From an uncultured Chloroflexia bacterium (GTDB lineage Bacteria; Chloroflexota; Limnocylindria; Limnocylindrales; CSP1-4): a stretch of DNA of 64,000 nucleotides. The stretch lies in contig CAVVNQ010000015.1 in NCBI GenBank assembly GCA_963749705.1, positions 224,001 through 288,000 of the forward strand, read 5' to 3'. Below, piece by piece: positions 61,987-64,000 of this stretch. How positions within the stretch are numbered: the stretch's first letter is position 1; every line of letters begins with the position of its first letter. The notes under the pieces were generated by a model that was not told the DNA's origin, did not search any database, and was given only the letters and a program-made list of their open reading frames with translations. The translations under genes were made by a program, and so were the position numbers.

Positions 61987-64000
61987 GCCTCATCCGGCTC
62001 GAGGCCGTCGTCCGCGAGATCGGGACGTTCGTGATCCTGGACCATGTCCAGGCGGCGATCGCACCCGGCGAGCGGATCGGGCTGGTGGGGCCGAACGGTT
62101 CCGGCAAGACCACGCTGCTGCGGATCGTGGCCGGTCGCGACGAACCCGACCGTGGCACGGCGACCAGGCGGCGCGGGCTGAGCCTCGGCCTGCTGAGCCA
62201 GGAGGCGCACTTCGACGAGGCGTTCATGGCCGCGCCCGACCTTCGGTCCGCGGTCCGCCACGGCGCGCAGCACCTCGAGGTGATGGCCGCGGAGCTGGCC
62301 CGGATGGAGCACGGCGGACATGCCGCGGGTGCCGCGTATGCGGATCTCCAGCACCGGTTCGAGGTGCTGGGCGGCTACACGCTCGACCAGCGGGTGGACG
62401 AGGCGCTGTCGGGCCTGGGCTTCGCGCGTGACGAGTGGCTGCGGCCGCCGACGGCGGTCTCGGGTGGGCAGCAGACGCGTGCCGCCCTGGCCCGGCTGGT
62501 GATCGCGAACCCCGACCTGCTGCTGCTCGACGAGCCCACCAACCATCTCGACATCGGCGCCATCGAATGGCTCGAGGAGCACCTGCGACGGCGGACCGGC
62601 GCCCTCCTCGTCGCGTCGCACGACCGCGCGTTCCTGGACGCGACCGTGTCGCGGATCTGGGAGCTCCGCGACCGCCGGCTGACCGCGTTCCGCGGCGACT
62701 ACAGCGCCTATCACCGCCAGCGGGTGGAGCGCGACGCGCGGGCCGCGAAGGATGCCGAGTCGCACGCCCAGCAGGTCGAGCGCGAGCAGGAGCTCATCCA
62801 GCGCTATCGGAGCCACCGCAAGTTCTCCAAGATGCACGAGCACGAGGCGCGGCTCGACCGGCTGCGCGAGAACGAGGTCCATGCCCCGAGGTCCGGTCGC
62901 GCGCTCAGGCTGCCGGGCCAGGCGCTCACCGGCGGCCCGGTTCGCTCGGGTGAGCTGGTGATCCGCCTCGACGACCTGGTGGTCGGGTACCTGCCCGGTC
63001 GCGGGGCGCTGGCCGCGGACGGGTCCGAGGCGCCGGAGCCGGTACGCGTGGCCCGGGCGCCGTTCCTGGCCGCGCAGCGGGGCGACCGGATCGGCATCGT
63101 CGGGCCCAATGGGGCCGGCAAGACCACCCTGCTGCGCACGATCGCCGGTGACCTGCCGCCACTCGATGGCTCGCTCACCTTCGGGCACCAGGTCCAGCCC
63201 GCCTACCTCGCCCAGCTGCGCGACGCGGCGATCCCGGGTGCGACCGTGCTCGACGCGATCATGGAGGCCATGCCGATCACGCCCGGCGAGGCGCGCGGCT
63301 ACCTCGCGCGGTTCCTGTTCCGCGGCGACGACGTGTTCAAGGAGGTCCGGTCGCTGTCGGGCGGCGAGCGATCACGGCTCGAGCTGGCCCTGCTGGGGAT
63401 CCTGCCGTCGAACCTGCTCCTGCTCGATGAGCCGACCAACCACCTGGACATCCCGGCGCGCGAGGCGATCGAGACCTTCCTGCTCGAGGCGCCCGCGACG
63501 CTGCTGGTGGTCTCGCACGACCGGCGGCTGCTGGAGACGATCTGCGACCGGTTGTGGGTCGTCGACGAGGCGACCGCGGTGCCGTTCGACGGCGGCTACC
63601 ACGCGTGGCGCGCCGCGGTGGCGGACGGCTGGACGATCCAGGCCGAGGCCGCCCGCCGCGCGCACCGCGGCCGCGGAGCCACGCCGGCCACGGCGGTCAC
63701 GCCCGGTGGGTCCGCGCCGCGTGGGTCGCGCCGCGGGAAGGCGGCCGCTGCCGCTGCACCCGTCCCGGTCGCGGCGCCGGTGGCGGCACCCGTGCGCCGC
63801 GCGTCCCGCGCGAAGCTGTCCAAGGAGGCGTACCGTCGCAGGCGCGAGGCCATCGACGCGGAGCTGTCGCGGCTGGGCCTCCGCCGGAGCCAGCTGGAGC
63901 TCGCCGTGGGATCGCCCACCGTGGCCGCGAACTTCGTCGAGATGCGACGCGTCACCAGCGAGCTGGCGGACGTCGAGCGAGCGCTGGCCGAGACGGAGGA
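61983..64000 (+). CDS. ABC-F family ATPase (Uup/YheS-like), runs off the window
   Basis: Two ATPase domains: GPNGSGKTT..SGGQ..DEPTNHLD and GPNGAGKTT..LSGGE..DEPTNHLD; no TM segments; C-terminal coiled coil. Confidence 0.92.
   Translation, partial: MSLIRLEAVVREIGTFVILDHVQAAIAPGERIGLVGPNGSGKTTLLRIVAGRDEPDRGTATRRRGLSLGLLSQEAHFDEAFMAAPDLRSAVRHGAQHLEVMAAELARMEHGGHAAGAAYADLQHRFEVLGGYTLDQRVDEALSGLGFARDEWLRPPTAVSGGQQTRAALARLVIANPDLLLLDEPTNHLDIGAIEWLEEHLRRRTGALLVASHDRAFLDATVSRIWELRDRRLTAFRGDYSAYHRQRVERDARAAKDAESHAQQVEREQELIQRYRSHRKFSKMHEHEARLDRLRENEVHAPRSGRALRLPGQALTGGPVRSGELVIRLDDLVVGYLPGRGALAADGSEAPEPVRVARAPFLAAQRGDRIGIVGPNGAGKTTLLRTIAGDLPPLDGSLTFGHQVQPAYLAQLRDAAIPGATVLDAIMEAMPITPGEARGYLARFLFRGDDVFKEVRSLSGGERSRLELALLGILPSNLLLLDEPTNHLDIPAREAIETFLLEAPATLLVVSHDRRLLETICDRLWVVDEATAVPFDGGYHAWRAAVADGWTIQAEAARRAHRGRGATPATAVTPGGSAPRGSRRGKAAAAAAPVPVAAPVAAPVRRASRAKLSKEAYRRRREAIDAELSRLGLRRSQLELAVGSPTVAANFVEMRRVTSELADVERALAETE

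Overview
Very GC-rich bacterial chromosomal segment. Gene content and protein style suggest a Chloroflexota (possibly Limnocylindria) or actinobacteria-like genome; this is inference, not verified. It is mostly housekeeping and transport: ligA, gatC/gatA/gatB, dnaE, polA, mutM, an ABC-F ATPase, tRNA-Leu(CAA), four ABC transporter loci, two OmpR-type two-component systems, an ECF sigma/anti-sigma pair, a P450, a GH15 glucoamylase and a GGDEF protein. Several essential genes carry single-base frameshifts that look like uncorrected long-read errors. I see no CRISPR array, transposase, integrase or phage genes. The best candidate for an undescribed system is 25.5-30.3 kb. There a 1053-aa SARP(wHTH-BTAD)-STAND NTPase-transmembrane-BMP fusion is flanked by two genes for exported proteins, and each of those genes is preceded by a near-identical 24-bp box with TAGAGC direct repeats at 11-bp period. 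Also notable are a structured, repeat-containing 0.6-kb intergenic region before dnaE, an orphan DUF4280 PAAR-like gene, candidate response-regulator boxes, and widespread leaderless-type promoters. All family calls come from motif recognition by eye; no searches were run.
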